From Chiloscyllium plagiosum (lineage: Eukaryota): a stretch of 64,000 nucleotides of DNA. The notes below the pieces were generated by a model, which searched no databases, was not told where the DNA came from, and was given only the letters and a program-made list of their open reading frames with translations. The position numbers and the translations under genes are program-made. This document shows positions 1-12,424 of this stretch, piece by piece (the stretch's first letter is position 1; every line of letters starts with the position of its first letter). The stretch covers positions 49,545,753-49,609,752 of the forward strand of contig NC_057710.1 of NCBI RefSeq assembly GCF_004010195.1. The letters run 5' to 3'.

Positions 1-139
1 CTTGCTGGATAATCTGATTTTCAGATAATGGAATGCCGGAGCATGATTTTCAAAGCTTTCTTCTTTGAGTTCTGCTCACCAAGATAGGTATACAGAGGAA
101 CCTCAATTATCCGGCATTCCATTATCTGAAAATCAGATT
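1..139. repeat. Rearranged local duplicate: 40-139 is a direct copy of ~196-296, and 1-40 is an inverted copy of ~267-306
   Basis: GAGCATGATTTTCAAAGC...AAATCAGATT occurs twice with 2 substitutions. CTTGCTGGATAATCTG...GCCGGA is the reverse complement of TCCGGCATT...CCAGCAAG. Confidence 0.85.
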
Positions 140-249
140 GTATGCGCTTTCTTGTATCTTTTTCCCTTATTCTCCCTTGGTTAAAACTTCCCTCTGAGCA
201 TGATTTTCAAAGCTTTCTTCTTTGAGTTCTGCTCACCAAGATAGGTATA

Positions 250-422
250 CGGAGGAACCTCAATTATCCGGCATTCTATTATCTGAAAATCAGATTATCC
301 AGCAAGATCGCAAGGTCCTGATGTTAGCTAAACTATGTTATCTGGCATTTGCTTATCCAGAATTCTATTAACTGAACAAAATACTCCTCGCTCATGTCTT
401 TTGGATAATTGAGGTTCCTCTG
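250..422. mobile_element. 173-bp MITE, Tc1/mariner (pogo/Tigger-like) type
   Basis: 20-bp TIRs C(G/A)GAGGAACCTCAATTATCC and GGATAATTGAGGTTCCTCTG, flanked by TA at 248-249 and 423-424. Internal TTATCCGG/TTATCTG subrepeats. Confidence 0.8.
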
Positions 423-1112
423 TACAGTCAATTTAATAGTGTCCATTCCAGGCTAAGAGTCATCTTTCCAAATATGGCGCATTTTTAGATAAGACCCAGC
501 CATTGTCTTTTTGCTGCAGTAATCAGCTTTGAAAATGCCATATTTATTAATTTGAATTGTTCCTTATTTGAGATCTATTGAGGCACAGTTTTGTACTTCT
601 GGAGGAACACATGCATAGCTTAGAGTGAGGTACTTTCTAAAATGCTCCCCTGTTTAGATCTGTGTTGCAGATCTGACATGACCTGTTCTGATCTCTACCT
701 TGTAGATGTTTTTTTTTAATTTGACTTCCAATGTACAAATTTTTAAAGCAAAAGTATTTCCTTCTAACATGTTTTTCTCAAAAACCTATGACATCAATGG
801 TCACATTCATGATAATAGACAGTGAAATATTTCAAGATGTAAGCAAAAAGAGCACCAGATTTTTGTAGTCAGCCAAAAAGCACACTGATGTCAGTCCATA
901 TCAGCAATTGATTTTACTTCTTTGTATGAATGTGATTTTCTATAAGGAATATATAATCACAGAAAGTTGAATTCTTATTGAATCAGATGTCTGGAAGTTT
1001 ACTAATAACTAATTGTCCACTAATGTATATTGTCAGATTTAGGTTATATGCTGATTTAGATTACAGTTAACATGATTTCCATAGATGAGTAATTGACTAA
1101 CAGGCTGATTAG

Positions 1113-1245
1113 CAGATTCCTGAAGAAGGGCTTATGCCCGAAATGTCGATTCTCCTGTTCCCTGGATGCTGCCTGACCTGCTGCGCTTCTCCAGCAACAC
1201 ATTTTCAGCTCTGATCTCCAGCATCTGCAGACCTCACTTTCTCCT
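1113..1245 (+). mobile_element. Penelope-like element terminal-repeat (pLTR) 3' fragment
   Basis: Hammerhead motif followed by GGATGCTGCCTGACCTGCTG...CCAGCATCTGCAG, homologous to 35103-35231 and 25110-25242. Confidence 0.7.
1116..1151 (+). ncRNA. Minimal type I hammerhead ribozyme motif (helix III mutated)
   Basis: CUGAAGA 1120-1126, helix II GGGC/UUAU/GCCC, GAAA 1140-1143, then UGUC (ACGU palindrome changed to AUGU). Confidence 0.7.
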
Positions 1246-1569
1246 GAATGTCTGTCAAACTCACTGTTGACAATATAGAGTGGATGGTGAAGGCCTTTTA
1301 TACTATAGCATCACATGTTGTGATGTCAACTACCTGCCTTAAAGGAATGGTGCCTTTTAGCAACTATGTAAAAAATAACACCCCTACCTTACTCTAGGGT
1401 ATTGAAACCAATTGCTGATAAAACTGACCAGGGTATAGAAAAGATTCGGAATCCTGTGAATGTATTTATCACTCAAATCATCCACATGTTGGAAATGTTC
1501 TACCAACAAAAATCAGGGCAAATACAACCCAATCAATTACCAACTTATCAGTCTACTATCAATACGAAG

Positions 1570-2370
1570 ACCATAACACCATAAGAAATGGGAACAGGAG
1601 TAGGCCTATTAGCCCTTTAAGCCTGCTCTGCCATTTAACAGGATCCTAACTGATCTGACATTCCTCATGTGCACTTTCCTGCATTTTACCTGAAATTCTT
1701 GACTCCCCCTACTGATCAAAAATCTATCTCAGTCTTAAATATACAGAAGGAGTCTGCCCCAGAGCTCTCTGTGACAAAGGGTTCCAAAGGCTCATCACCT
1801 TCTGAGAAAACAAATCCCTCCTTGTCTCAGTCCTAAATTAGAGCCCTAATATTCTGAGCCTTTGTCTTCTGGTCCCAGATTCTTCAATGAAGTGGGAACA
1901 TCCTCTCAGCATTTACCTTTAAGAATCTGAGATATTTCAATGAGATCACTTTTCATTTGTCCAAACATCAGTGAAAAGAGTCCCAACTTGTTTAGCTTTT
2001 GCTCATAAGATGAGCCCTCCATGCCAGAGATCATCTACAGAACCTACTTTGAACTGCCGCCAATGAATTGATATCTTTCTTTAAGTAGGAGAACAAAAAC
2101 TGTACTCCAGTACTCCAGACCAACACCTAGTACAGTTGCAGAAAGACTTCCCTACTCTTATACACCAACTTGCTTGAAATAAATGTCAACATTCTATTAG
2201 ACTTCCTGCTACATCTGTATGTTAGCGTTCTATGTTTCAAGCACAAGTACCCCATGTCTCTTATGTTGAAGCTTCCCGCAGTTATTCTACATTTAAGTAA
2301 TATTCAGTTCTTTTCTCTCCCTTCCAAAATGAGCAATTTTGCATTTTCCTACATTATACTCCATCAACAA
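1570..2370 (-). mobile_element. Decayed CR1-clade LINE, 3' part
   Basis: Reverse-strand CR1 tail (CATAAGAAATGGGAACAGGAGTAGGCC) followed by degenerate ORF2 C-terminal sequence. Confidence 0.75.
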
Positions 2371-2409
2371 CCTATCAATCATCAGCTAAGTGACGGAAGG
2401 GGTTGTTGT

Positions 2410-3218
2410 CAGTGCTATTAAGCTGTACTTGCTTGGCAATAACCTTCTCACTGATGCTCAGTTTCGGTTCACACAGGGTCACTACTCAGCTCATGACCTC
2501 AATATAGCCTGAGTTAAAACAGCAGAATGAAAATCTAGAGTAGTCATTCTTGAGATGAAGGCAGCAATTAATTGAGTATGATATCAAATTGCCTTTACAA
2601 AACTGGAGTCAAAGGGAATCAGGTGGAAAATTCTGGAGTGATATCTCTCACAAAGGAAGATCATTTTGGTTGTTGGAGGTCAATCATCTCAGTTTCAACA
2701 GCCTTCAGCTACTTCAATACTGACTTTCCCTCTCTCTTAAGCTCAAAAGTGGAGATGTTAGTTGATGATTGCATAATATTCAAAACCATTTGCTACTCTT
2801 CAGAAACTGAAGCAACCCATATCCATACATAACAAAACTTGGACAATATCCTGGCTTGGGTTGATAACTGTTAAATAATATTTATGCCAGACGTTGATCA
2901 CCTCCAAACAAGAAAGAATTGTCCATTGACATTCAATGACGTCACATTTGCCGAATCCACCACCGTCAATATCTTGGGGGTTGTCATTGAACAGCAATTT
3001 GAACTTGAAACAGACAGATAAAGACTGTGCCTTTAAAAGTAGGTCAGATGGGATGCCATTCACCATCTTCAACATTCACCCACACTACACTGTGGCAGCA
3101 GGGTCAACTACCTCATGATACTCTGCAGAAATTTACCAAGGCTTAGACAGCACTGTCCAAATCCACAACCTTCATCAGTCAGAAGAACAAGGTCAGCAGT
3201 TGTATGCAAGTTCCCTTC
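2410..3218 (+). mobile_element. Decayed CR1/L2-group LINE RT region; the element resumes at 4337-4548
   Basis: ORF 2572-2832 carries the RT motif MLVDDCIIF (FADD-like). DNA is homologous to 12078-12421 and 13244-13770. Confidence 0.7.
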
Positions 3219-4335
3219 ATAGGAATATGAGGAAGCCATTCAGCCCTTTGAGCTGTTCCACTATTTAATGAGATCATGGCTGATCTGTGACCTAACTCCA
3301 TACATATGCCTTTAACCCATAACCCAGAAAACCTTTGCTTTACAAACATTTATCTGTCTCAGATTTGAAATTAACAACTGATCTAGCAAAAACTGTCATT
3401 TGTGGAAGACAGTTTCAAACCACTCTCATCCTTTGAGTGCAGCAGTGCTTCTTAACATCTCTCCTGAACATTCTGCCCCTCATTCACAGACAAAGCCTCC
3501 AGGTTCCAGAATCTTTAAAAAGTGTAAATAGTTTCACTTTATCTACCAGGTATTTTCCTGTTATTATTGTGAAGACATGTATAATCAATCTCTCCTCATT
3601 TGATTTGATTTGAGTTATTATTGTTACATGTTCCGAGATACAGTGAAAAGTATTGTGTTGCAAGCAAACCAGACAAATCATTCCTTACATAAGTACATCA
3701 GGGTAAGGGAACAGGATGCAGAATGTAACATTACAGCTACAGAGAAGGTGCAAAGAAAGATCAACTCTAATATATGAGAGGATCTGTTGGTAAATGTTTT
3801 CAAACTTTCATACCTTCTGCCAATGGAAGAGGATGGAAGAGAGTATAACAAGGTGGGAAGGATCTTTGATTATGTTGGCTGCTTTCCAGTGGCAGGAGAA
3901 AGTGTAGATGGAGTCAATGGAAGGAAGGCCGGATTTTGTCATAGTGTGGGCTGCATTCACTATTCTCTTGTGATTTCTTGCATTGTGGGGCAGAGCTCTG
4001 ACATACCAATCCGTGACACATCCAGATAGGATGCTTTCTATGTTACATCGATAAAAAATGGTAACTTAATCCCTGAAGTCTAGATATTACTGTTGTAAAC
4101 TTACATTACACTCCCGCACTGGACTCCCTCCAAGGCCAATGTATTCTTGCTAAGGTGTGGTGCCCAGACCTGCTCACAGTGCTCCAAGTGATGTCTAACC
4201 AGGATTTTGTATAGCTGCAGCATAACATCTGCATCCTTGTACACCAGTCCTTGACATGTAAAGTTTTCATGATTATTTTCTGCATCTGTTTGTGGTATTT
4301 TAAAGATCTACGCATCTGAACCCTCGACCTCGAAG
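3219..4335 (-). mobile_element. Decayed CR1 LINE 3' part, itself split by the insertion at 3598-4062
   Basis: Reverse CR1 tail at ~3219-3290. 4130-4250 matches the reverse strand of the CR1 LYK-LVR-HLE-C-Q-W region. Confidence 0.7.
3598..4062 (-). mobile_element. Rex1/Babar-like LINE 3' fragment
   Basis: 3600-3655 is the reverse complement of the tail of the 8596-10453 element (TTTTCACTGT..CTCGG.ACATGT.ACAATAA plus a (TCAAA)n-type tail). Confidence 0.7.
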
Positions 4336-4336
4336 G

Positions 4337-4548
4337 CACTTACCATCCTAACTTGGAAACATATCACTGTTTCTTCAGCAATGCTGAATCAAAATTCTGG
4401 ATTTCCCTAACTGCACTGTTAGTGTATCTAACTAATCACGGACTCTAGTGAATTGAGAAGGCTGATCACGTTTTTAAGGACAAATGGAAGACGGTAAACA
4501 ATGCTGGCCTAGCACACAATGTCACATCCCATGAATTGAATGAATGAA
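4337..4548 (+). mobile_element. 3' tail of the LINE at 2410-3218
   Basis: Homologous to 13568-13765 (CATCCT.AC.TGGAAA.A.ATC ... CCCATG..TGAATGAAT). Confidence 0.65.
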
Positions 4549-4889
4549 GAAAGGCAAGCAGCTGTGTCTTTTTGCCCTTGCATATTTGCTGTATTTTAGC
4601 TTTTACTCCTGAGGATCCTGACAAAGGTTGGGCAATGAATAAAACAGGTCTTCCAAAAATTAATCCCAGAGTTCTCATTTGCAAAGAACTTGAGCACCGA
4701 CACTACAAGTTCAGTGGTTATGTTTCATGGAAAATGCACAATTGCCTGCCTTATTCATATTATGCAACCCAAAATATTAGAGGTTTTCTGAGATATATGG
4801 ACGCATTGCTTCCTTTCTCATTTGTCCATTTCCAGCTTCTTGGGTTATTTTACTACCCCTCATGTAGACTTGCATTTTTTGTCTGTTTT

Positions 4890-5446
4890 GTTGGTGACAT
4901 GAAAATTGGTGGTATGGTAAGTAGCGAGGAGAAAAATCTTAGGGTACAGGATGATCGAGATGGACTGGTCAGATGTGCAGAGCAATGGCAAATTCAAGAT
5001 AATCCTGAAAAGTGAAAGTTGATGCATTTTGGGTGAACCAATAAGCCAAACGAGTATGTGATGAATGGTAGGATGCCAGGAAGTATAGAGGATCAAAAGG
5101 ACCTTGGTGTGCATGACCTCAAATCCTTGAAGACAATACAACAGGTGGATAAAATGGCAAAGAAGGCTCATGGGATACTTGTCTTTATTAGTCGAGGCAA
5201 AGCACACAACAGCAGGGAGGCCTTGATGGAACTTTATAAGATGTTAATTAGGCCACAGCTGGTGTACTGGAATGCTGCATGAGCTCGACAATTTCAGTTT
5301 TGAAGAAAGACTAGATAGGCTGGGATTGATTTCTTTACGGCAAGGAGGACCGAGGAGGGAATCTTTTTAAGTGCACAGAATTTTGAAGGTCATGGACATG
5401 ATAGGCCAAAGTGCCTCTTACTGTGTTGTAAAACTTTATGACTATG
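4890..5446 (+). mobile_element. Decayed CR1 LINE, 3' part with deletions
   Basis: Translations DMKIGG, AEQWQ, QKDLGV and LYKMLIRPQL; ends in a TATGACTATG tail. Confidence 0.8.
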
Positions 5447-6309
5447 TCCCTTCTTCAAATGCAAGTTATTTCCTCATGAAAATTGTGATTTTCTCTGAAT
5501 GTTGAAGTAAAAAGTAAATTTTCTTCCGTGCATTTTCTCAATCAGTCACATCTTCACGTTTCCTTGTATTTTACATTACAGCAAATATGTTAGTGCAAAC
5601 ACATTGAATAAATTTAGAAACAATTGAACTGTTTACATATTTCCTTGTGTCTTCACTCTATGCAGTTATGGTAGAAGCTTTACAAAATTATTTTTCTCAT
5701 GTCCAAAACAAAAGCTGTGTCAGACAGTCAAGTGTGCACCTTCTACAGAGCGTAGCTGGATCCATTGTGTAAAATAATCTAGGCTAACATGCCCTGGGCA
5801 AGCAATAAACTATTTATTGTTTTTGAATTACATATGTGATCTCTATTATGTGCCATGTCACTTAAGAGAAGAATTAATAGCAGTCAACACAGATACATTT
5901 GTCGCAAATTAAACTACCAAACATGTTTATTCACAGATACAGTCATTTACGATATGCACAACCAATGAGTTGTTGAAGTTAGTCCAAATAGTATAGCAGT
6001 GTTCAAACAGTTTATAAGTATGTTAGAAAGATAAAGGTGACATTCTTTGACTGACTTTCATAACTGAACTTTGAAAAACTAATACTTGCAAGAAGGGCAA
6101 TAATCATCTCATCACAATCAATAAAATTATTTTCTTAAAATGACATAATCTGACTGAAGTAAATTTTCCTCTACACCAGTTGAACCTTTTTCAAAATTCT
6201 AAGTAAAATAAATATCAAAAAAAAACAATACTCAATAACCATAACCTTGAAGTAAATATTTTTCTTTGTGAAATCCGTCTGTTATTAACAGGTACTTTAA
6301 TTTTTACAG

Positions 6310-6701
6310 TTGTAGAGTTATTATAGCTACGCAACAAAAAAACAGAACCTTTGGTCCAACTCATCCATGCTGACCATTCATCCTAAACTGATCTAGTCCC
6401 ATTTGTCAGCATTTGGCCCATATCCCTCTAAACCCTTCCTATTCATATACCCATCCAGATGCCTTTTAAATGTTGTAATTGTACCAGCCTTTACCACTTC
6501 CACTAGCAGCTTGTTCCATACACGGACCACCTTTTGCATGAAAAAGTTGCCTCTTAGGTCCCTTTTCAATCTTTCACCTCTCACCTTAAACCTATATCTA
6601 GTTTTGGACTCCCTTACCCTTGGAAAAAGAACTTGTCTATTTATCCAATCTATGCCCCTCATGATTTTATAAACCTCTACAAGGTCACCCCTCAGCCTGT
6701 G
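6310..6701 (-). mobile_element. CR1 (HER1-like) LINE 3' end
   Basis: ORF 6393-6707 reads RLRGDLVEVYKIMRG...NFFMQKVVRVWN, the CR1 ORF2 C-terminus. Confidence 0.9.
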
Positions 6702-7209
6702 AAGCAAAAATAACAGGCCATTTTGCAGTACGTTCCTTCACATGTATAAACAATTAATTGTAGTGTTGCATAATTGGTGGCCTGCTTATGTTTTCACTTA
6801 AAGGTTTGGCCTGCTGCAGTTTGGAGCCAATTGAGGATTAAATGGCTGTCAATGGAGCTATAAGCTGGTCACTATGTGGCTAGGAAGAACAAGAATGCAT
6901 AAATGAAAGTTGACCTGATAATCTGGTTTTTTTAGCAGCCTAAACAGCAGTTCATTTCAGAACTATATATTGAGAAAATCAATTTCAGTATAATTTCCGG
7001 ACCATCAGTGGTGCATGTTCTGTCCACTGACATATCAAAATATAACATGGATTGTTATATTAAGAGAGGCCTTATAAGCAAGTATTATAGCCAATGTGGT
7101 TTCTTTCAAATTTATCCTTCACTATTTCAATTTCTTTTGTGAAACATATAAGTTGTTTATTTGCACTTTCTACGTATAATATTTTACACTCTGCAGTGCA
7201 CCTATACAT

Positions 7210-7790
7210 GCTATTTCCTTAATAAATCTCTAGTAATCCTGAATTGCATCTGTTAAAAAGAACCTGTCCAATTGCTTTTTGAAACTCATCAACAATTCCT
7301 GTTTCACCACCTGTGCCAGTTAAACTGGTCTATATTGTTGGCACCTTTTTAGTAAAAAGGTTAAGTTCTCTATTTAGCAGAAAAAGACTTAATCCAATTT
7401 GTTTGAACCTTTCTTTTTAGGGGTTGCAACTCTTCACCTGGGTTGTCATTTTCTCAAGGAAATCAACAAGGTCGATCAGTAATATTCATCCAAAGGTCAA
7501 GCTGAATGGTATTAGGTTTTGTACAAACAATTCTCAAACTTGCTCCTGATAATCAATTCCACTGGTTAGATCGAATAGAAACAAGATTAATGGGTCCATA
7601 GTCGTCTGTATTTTATCATCATTGTTCAGTATGGGTGCCACGTAACCTGTTTCCAATCTGCTGGTACATCTCCATTGTCCAGTGACTCTCGCATAATAAG
7701 AGTCAAGCCTCACAATGCTCTATGCTAAGGTCCATCTAACCTTGGGAAATTATCTGCTTTGAACCCTTTCAAGATTTTTAGGATTGCAAT
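7210..7790 (-). mobile_element. Old CR1-like LINE remnant
   Basis: Reverse-strand similarity to the CR1 3' region (7260-7340) and to the PGPDG...G.VP.DW region (7640-7770). Highly degenerate. Confidence 0.45.
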
Positions 7791-8595
7791 CTCATTTATA
7801 TCAAAGTTTCAAATTAGGTCAGGCAGAGGGCCTAAAATTGCTGTCTCCCATCAGGAGAGCTGCCTGGTTAGACATGAGTAGCAAAATCAGTTCAGTAATG
7901 CAGGTGAGGCCGTTGGACCAATTTTTATTGATCCTTGAATCCTCCGTAGGTAAATCACTACCTCCACAGAATTGGACAAGAACAGGTCCAGACTAATTTC
8001 TACACTCTTGTATCTCAGATACTGCCATTCTTCTTCTTGTGATGCTGTTAGTTTCATTTCGTAAGTATCAATGCCATTTTCAACTAGCATTCGACCAAAG
8101 CATTGAAACACATAGCTTCCTTTAGACACTCAACCATAGAACAGTCACATATCAAATTTGTTGACTCCAGTTGTAAGCTACTTGGGCTTTCTAATTTTAT
8201 GTTGCATTCATTTAAGCATCCCGTTGAAACAATTTTCTTGTTTTCTCAATCTGCTCTCTGCACTGGGAGCTCACGTATTCTTGTGCTGACCTGGTAGTCT
8301 GTAGCAACCCAGTAATAATTGGGATTTATATATATCAATGGTTTCTTGTAAGTTTTCAACCAAATATGCAGTATTCAATCTTTCATTCGAATGAATAATT
8401 TGCCTGGATCAATGTTATCCATTTTGTAATCTTAAAAATTATAGTTCACATACCTTATCTTATTTACCCTATGACAATTCACTCGTGGCTCAGGTAATAA
8501 TCCAAAGATTATTAACTGGTGCTTATGCTTTTTAATTTAGCACCAGCTGCCTTGTAATCCTGAAGAAGAATTTTGTTCCTAGTTCTGGCTATGCT

Positions 8596-10453
8596 CAGAC
8601 AGATTCCCGGCAACTATGGCAAGGACTGAATGACATCTCAGGTTCTAAAAAGAGACAGTGCAAGATAGCAGATGATGACATATCTCTCCCAAATCATCTC
8701 AAAGCCTTCTATGCTTACTTTGAGCAGAACTTCAGCAGAGAGGTAACACCTGTTCCGACAAGTCCTGACGAACCTATCCCGACAGTTACTGCATCAGAGC
8801 TCAGATCAGTTTTCCAGGGAAGCGATGGGACCAGACGGAGTACCAGGCTGTGCACTCAGAGCATGTGCAGATCAACTGGCAGACATCTTCTCAGACATCT
8901 TCAACCTCTCTCTGCAGCAGGCCACTTGTCCTTCCTGTTTCAAGAGGGTCTACATCATCCCTGTGCCTAAGAAGGCTCTTGCAGCATGTCTCAATGACTA
9001 CCGCCCACTGGCCCTAACTTCAGTGGTCATGAAGTGCTTTGAAAGGCTGGTCGTGGCATTAGGTAAAAACAATGACTGCAGATGCTGGAAACCAGATTCT
9101 GGATCAGTGGTGCTGGAAGAGCACAGCAATTCAGGCAGCATCCGACGAGCAGCAAAATCGTCGGATGCTGCTCGTCGGATGCTGGTCGTGGCATTAGTCA
9201 ACTCCAGTCTCCCCACTACTCTTGACCCACTCCAATTTGCCTATCGGACCAACAGATCCACATCGGATGCCAAATCACTTGGCCTTCACTCCTTTCTAGA
9301 ACATCTTGACACCAGAACAGCTACGTAAGAATCCTACTCATTGACTACAGTTCAGCCTTCAACACAATTATCCCCTCCAGACTGATTACTAAACTTAGAG
9401 ATCTCGGACTAAGCCCCACTCTCTGCAACTGGATCCTCAGTTTCCTGACCCACAGGCCACAATCAGTGAAGATTGGGGACAGTATTTCATTCTCACTAAC
9501 ACTCAACACTGGAGCCCCCCCTGGGGTGCGTACTCAGCCCCCTACTGTACTCACTGTATACCCATGGCGGTGTCGCCAAATACCAGACTAATGCCATTTA
9601 CAAGTTCACTGATGACACCACCATAGTCAGTCGAATCTCAGATGACGATGAATCAGATTACAGACAGGGAGGTGGAAGACCTGGAAAAATGGTGCACTGA
9701 GATCAACCGAGCTCACAATGCCAGCAAAACCAAGGAACTCATTATTGACTTTCGGCAGGATGTTACTTATGCCCCCCTACACATTAACAGCACAGAGGTG
9801 GAACAAGTGGAGAGTGTCAAGCTCCTGGGAGTGGTCATCCACCACAACCTTCCTTGGACCATCATGTGGATGCACTGGCTACAAAGGCCCAACAACATCT
9901 CTTATTCCTCAGGCAGCTTGACAACGAATTTTGATTTGACAACGAATACCCTTGCCAACTTTTATAGGTGCGCCATCGAGAGCATTCTGTCTGGATCAAT
10001 CACTACCTGGTATGGCAGCTATACCATTCAAGATCGGAGACGGTTACATAGAGTGGTGAACTCAGCCCGGACAATCACAAAGGTCAACCTCCCATCTATA
10101 GAATCCATCTACCAGGCCCACTGTCAAGGAAAGACCACCAGCATTCTCAAAGATACATCCCACTCTGGCAATGTTTCTCTATAACCTCTATAACCTTTAT
10201 CGGGGAAACAATACAGAAGCCGGAACACACGCGCCAGCCAGTTTTGAAACAGTTTCTACCCGACTACTGTTAGAATATTGAATGGACTCACAGACTCTTA
10301 ACATTCGCCTGCACCTGTGCTTTTGTTTTTGCCACTGTTTTTATCATTATCTATGCTACTTAACTATGTGATCTGCCTGTACTGCTGGCAAGGCAAAGCT
10401 TTTCACTGTGCCTCGGTACATGTGACAATAAATAAATTCAAATCAATTCAATT
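8596..10453 (+). mobile_element. 5'-truncated Rex1/Babar-clade LINE, frameshifted RT
   Basis: DSRQLWQGL, GPDGVPG, LNDYRPLALTSVVMKCFERLV, LDPLQFAYR, KFTDDT (~9601-9618), NASKTKELIIDFR, FYRCAIESIL; tail ends AATAAATTCAAATCAATTCAATT. Confidence 0.92.
9063..9180 (-). mobile_element. 118-bp Penelope-like pLTR insertion with 17-bp TSD and a short inverted segment
   Basis: TSD GCTGGTCGTGGCATTAG at 9046-9062 and 9181-9197. 9063-9159 is the reverse complement of 35135-35231. Inverted arms at 9136-9154 and 9166-9184. Confidence 0.85.
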
Positions 10454-10859
10454 GGATTCTTTCCCTTCCACACCAAGTTCATCTGCAGCCACAGGAAGAT
10501 GTCTCAAACCCTCACACCATAAGTGTTCAAGAAACTATTTCTCAGAATCTAATCCCCAATTCCAGCTCTTCAACTCTGAACCAATAATATTTGAATTGCA
10601 ATTACTTGCAGCAGATATGGTCCCTGGCAATCACACCAGCATCCATCAGTTCCCACATGCTTCAGCTGCAACATATTCACCTGCTCTAACATTCTTGGTA
10701 TGTTTTATTTTCGGTATCAATATTTCCAAGCTTCTAATTTGAGGCATTTTATTTCAGAGAAAGTAAAAAGAATATTGTTCAACCAAACATGTACTATTTT
10801 TTGTTTCATACCAGTTTGATTTTAGAATAGAGTCGACTCTGAGACCACCGTCTCACTCT

Positions 10860-11010
10860 AGCTCTTAAATCTCTCACCATTGTCTCAATGGTCCCTCTCA
10901 GACTCACAGTTTAAACTCTCACCCCATCTCACTGCTGTCTATCAGACTCATGATATTAGCTCTTGCCTCATCTCACTAGTCCCTCTCAGATTAACTCTTT
11001 AATCATTTGC
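10860..11010. repeat. Degenerate ~44-45-bp tandem repeat, about 3-4 units
   Basis: Recurring TCTCAC...TCTCA..GTCCCTCTCAGA(C/T)T motif. Confidence 0.45.
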
Positions 11011-11524
11011 TGCTGTCTCTCTGCTCCCCCAGAGACCTGCTCATTAAACTGTTAGCACTTGTGAAATTGACAACTTATAAAGTGAAAAAAAGCATAAATG
11101 AGCATGATCAAATTCAGTATAAAATATGATATAGAGAGAGGTATAAAGAAAGGATGAGAAAGTTTGGATTAGGAAACAGTGATGATAAAATTTTCTATTT
11201 ATCTTGTCTTTATTAGACCAATTTGGTTTATGTTTAGTTAGTGCTGCAATCTCAAAGAGCATATACCAGCAATTCAATTTCTGGTGTTTTTAAAAAACTC
11301 AGATATTCCTGTCAAATTTCAACGGCATGAATTATATTCACTGTTATTTACATATAAACAATAGAGTAACTGCAGGCGAAAGACAGGTCTGTAATTAAAC
11401 TCAGAAATCCAAATATTGCGCCCTGGATGTGTCACTCTGCTGTTAGCTTTGCAAACGTAGCTTTGCATTGTCTGGGAGCACTACTGAAATGCTTTGAATG
11501 CTACAAAGTCACTGCATTTCCATA

Positions 11525-11890
11525 GTAGATTTGAATTTAATGGACTAAGAAGGTTCAGTACAGAAAAGATATTTCTGCTGGCTGGGTGGTCTAGACTCAG
11601 ATATTCCAGTTTCAGAATAAGAGACAAGTTATTTAAGACTGAGTCGAAGAGAAATTTCTTCTCTCAGAATGTAGTGTAGCTTTGAAATTTTCGCCCACCG
11701 GCCCCCACCCCCGAGAACTGTGGAAATTCAGTCATTGAATAGGTTTGAAATAGAAATTAACAACTTTTTAGCTAATAATGACATCAGTGGATATAAGGTA
11801 GTTCAGATAAATGGTCAGCAGTTCTCTCGAATGGAGGAACAATCTCAAGGGGCTGAATGATCAAATCCTGCTCCAATAGTGTTTATGATT
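11525..11890 (+). mobile_element. Decayed CR1 3' end
   Basis: FKTESKRNFFSQNVV translation and a GGGCTGAATG...CCTGCTCC tail. Confidence 0.75.
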
Positions 11891-12077
11891 TCAACATAAG
11901 AATTGTTTAAATTATGTGTTAGTTGTTTATTACTGTCAATCAATTTCTTTGGCACCAAAAATTAACCAGTACTAGTTTCATTCCTTCCAGTTGTATTGTT
12001 GGAGATCTATTTTTATTTAAACTTTCCTTCTGTTTATTTTCTCTCTCTCTCTCTTGCTTGTACAAAATGACAACAAT

Positions 12078-12421
12078 GTCCTTATTCGATGATTGCACAA
12101 TGTTCAGCACCATTTGTGACTCCTCAGATACTGAAGCAGTCCATGTTTAAATGTAACAAAATCTGGACAATATCCAGGCTTGGGCTGTGTAGTGGCAAGT
12201 AATATTCGCAGCATGCAAATGTCAGGCAATGACCATTTCCAATAAGACACAATTTAACTACCAGCCCTCAACATTCAATGGCATTACCATCACTGAATCC
12301 CTCACTATCAACATCTCTGGAGTTACCATTGATCAGAAACTCAACTGGACTTGCCACATTAGCACAGTGGCTAAAAGAGCAGACAGAGGTGAGGGGTACT
12401 ATGGTGAGTAATTCACCTCCT
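12078..12421 (+). mobile_element. CR1/L2-group LINE RT fragment, left part
   Basis: LFDDCTMFS motif and GVTIDQKLNWTCHI. Continues after the CR1 insertion, at 13244. Confidence 0.8.
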
Positions 12422-12424
12422 AAA

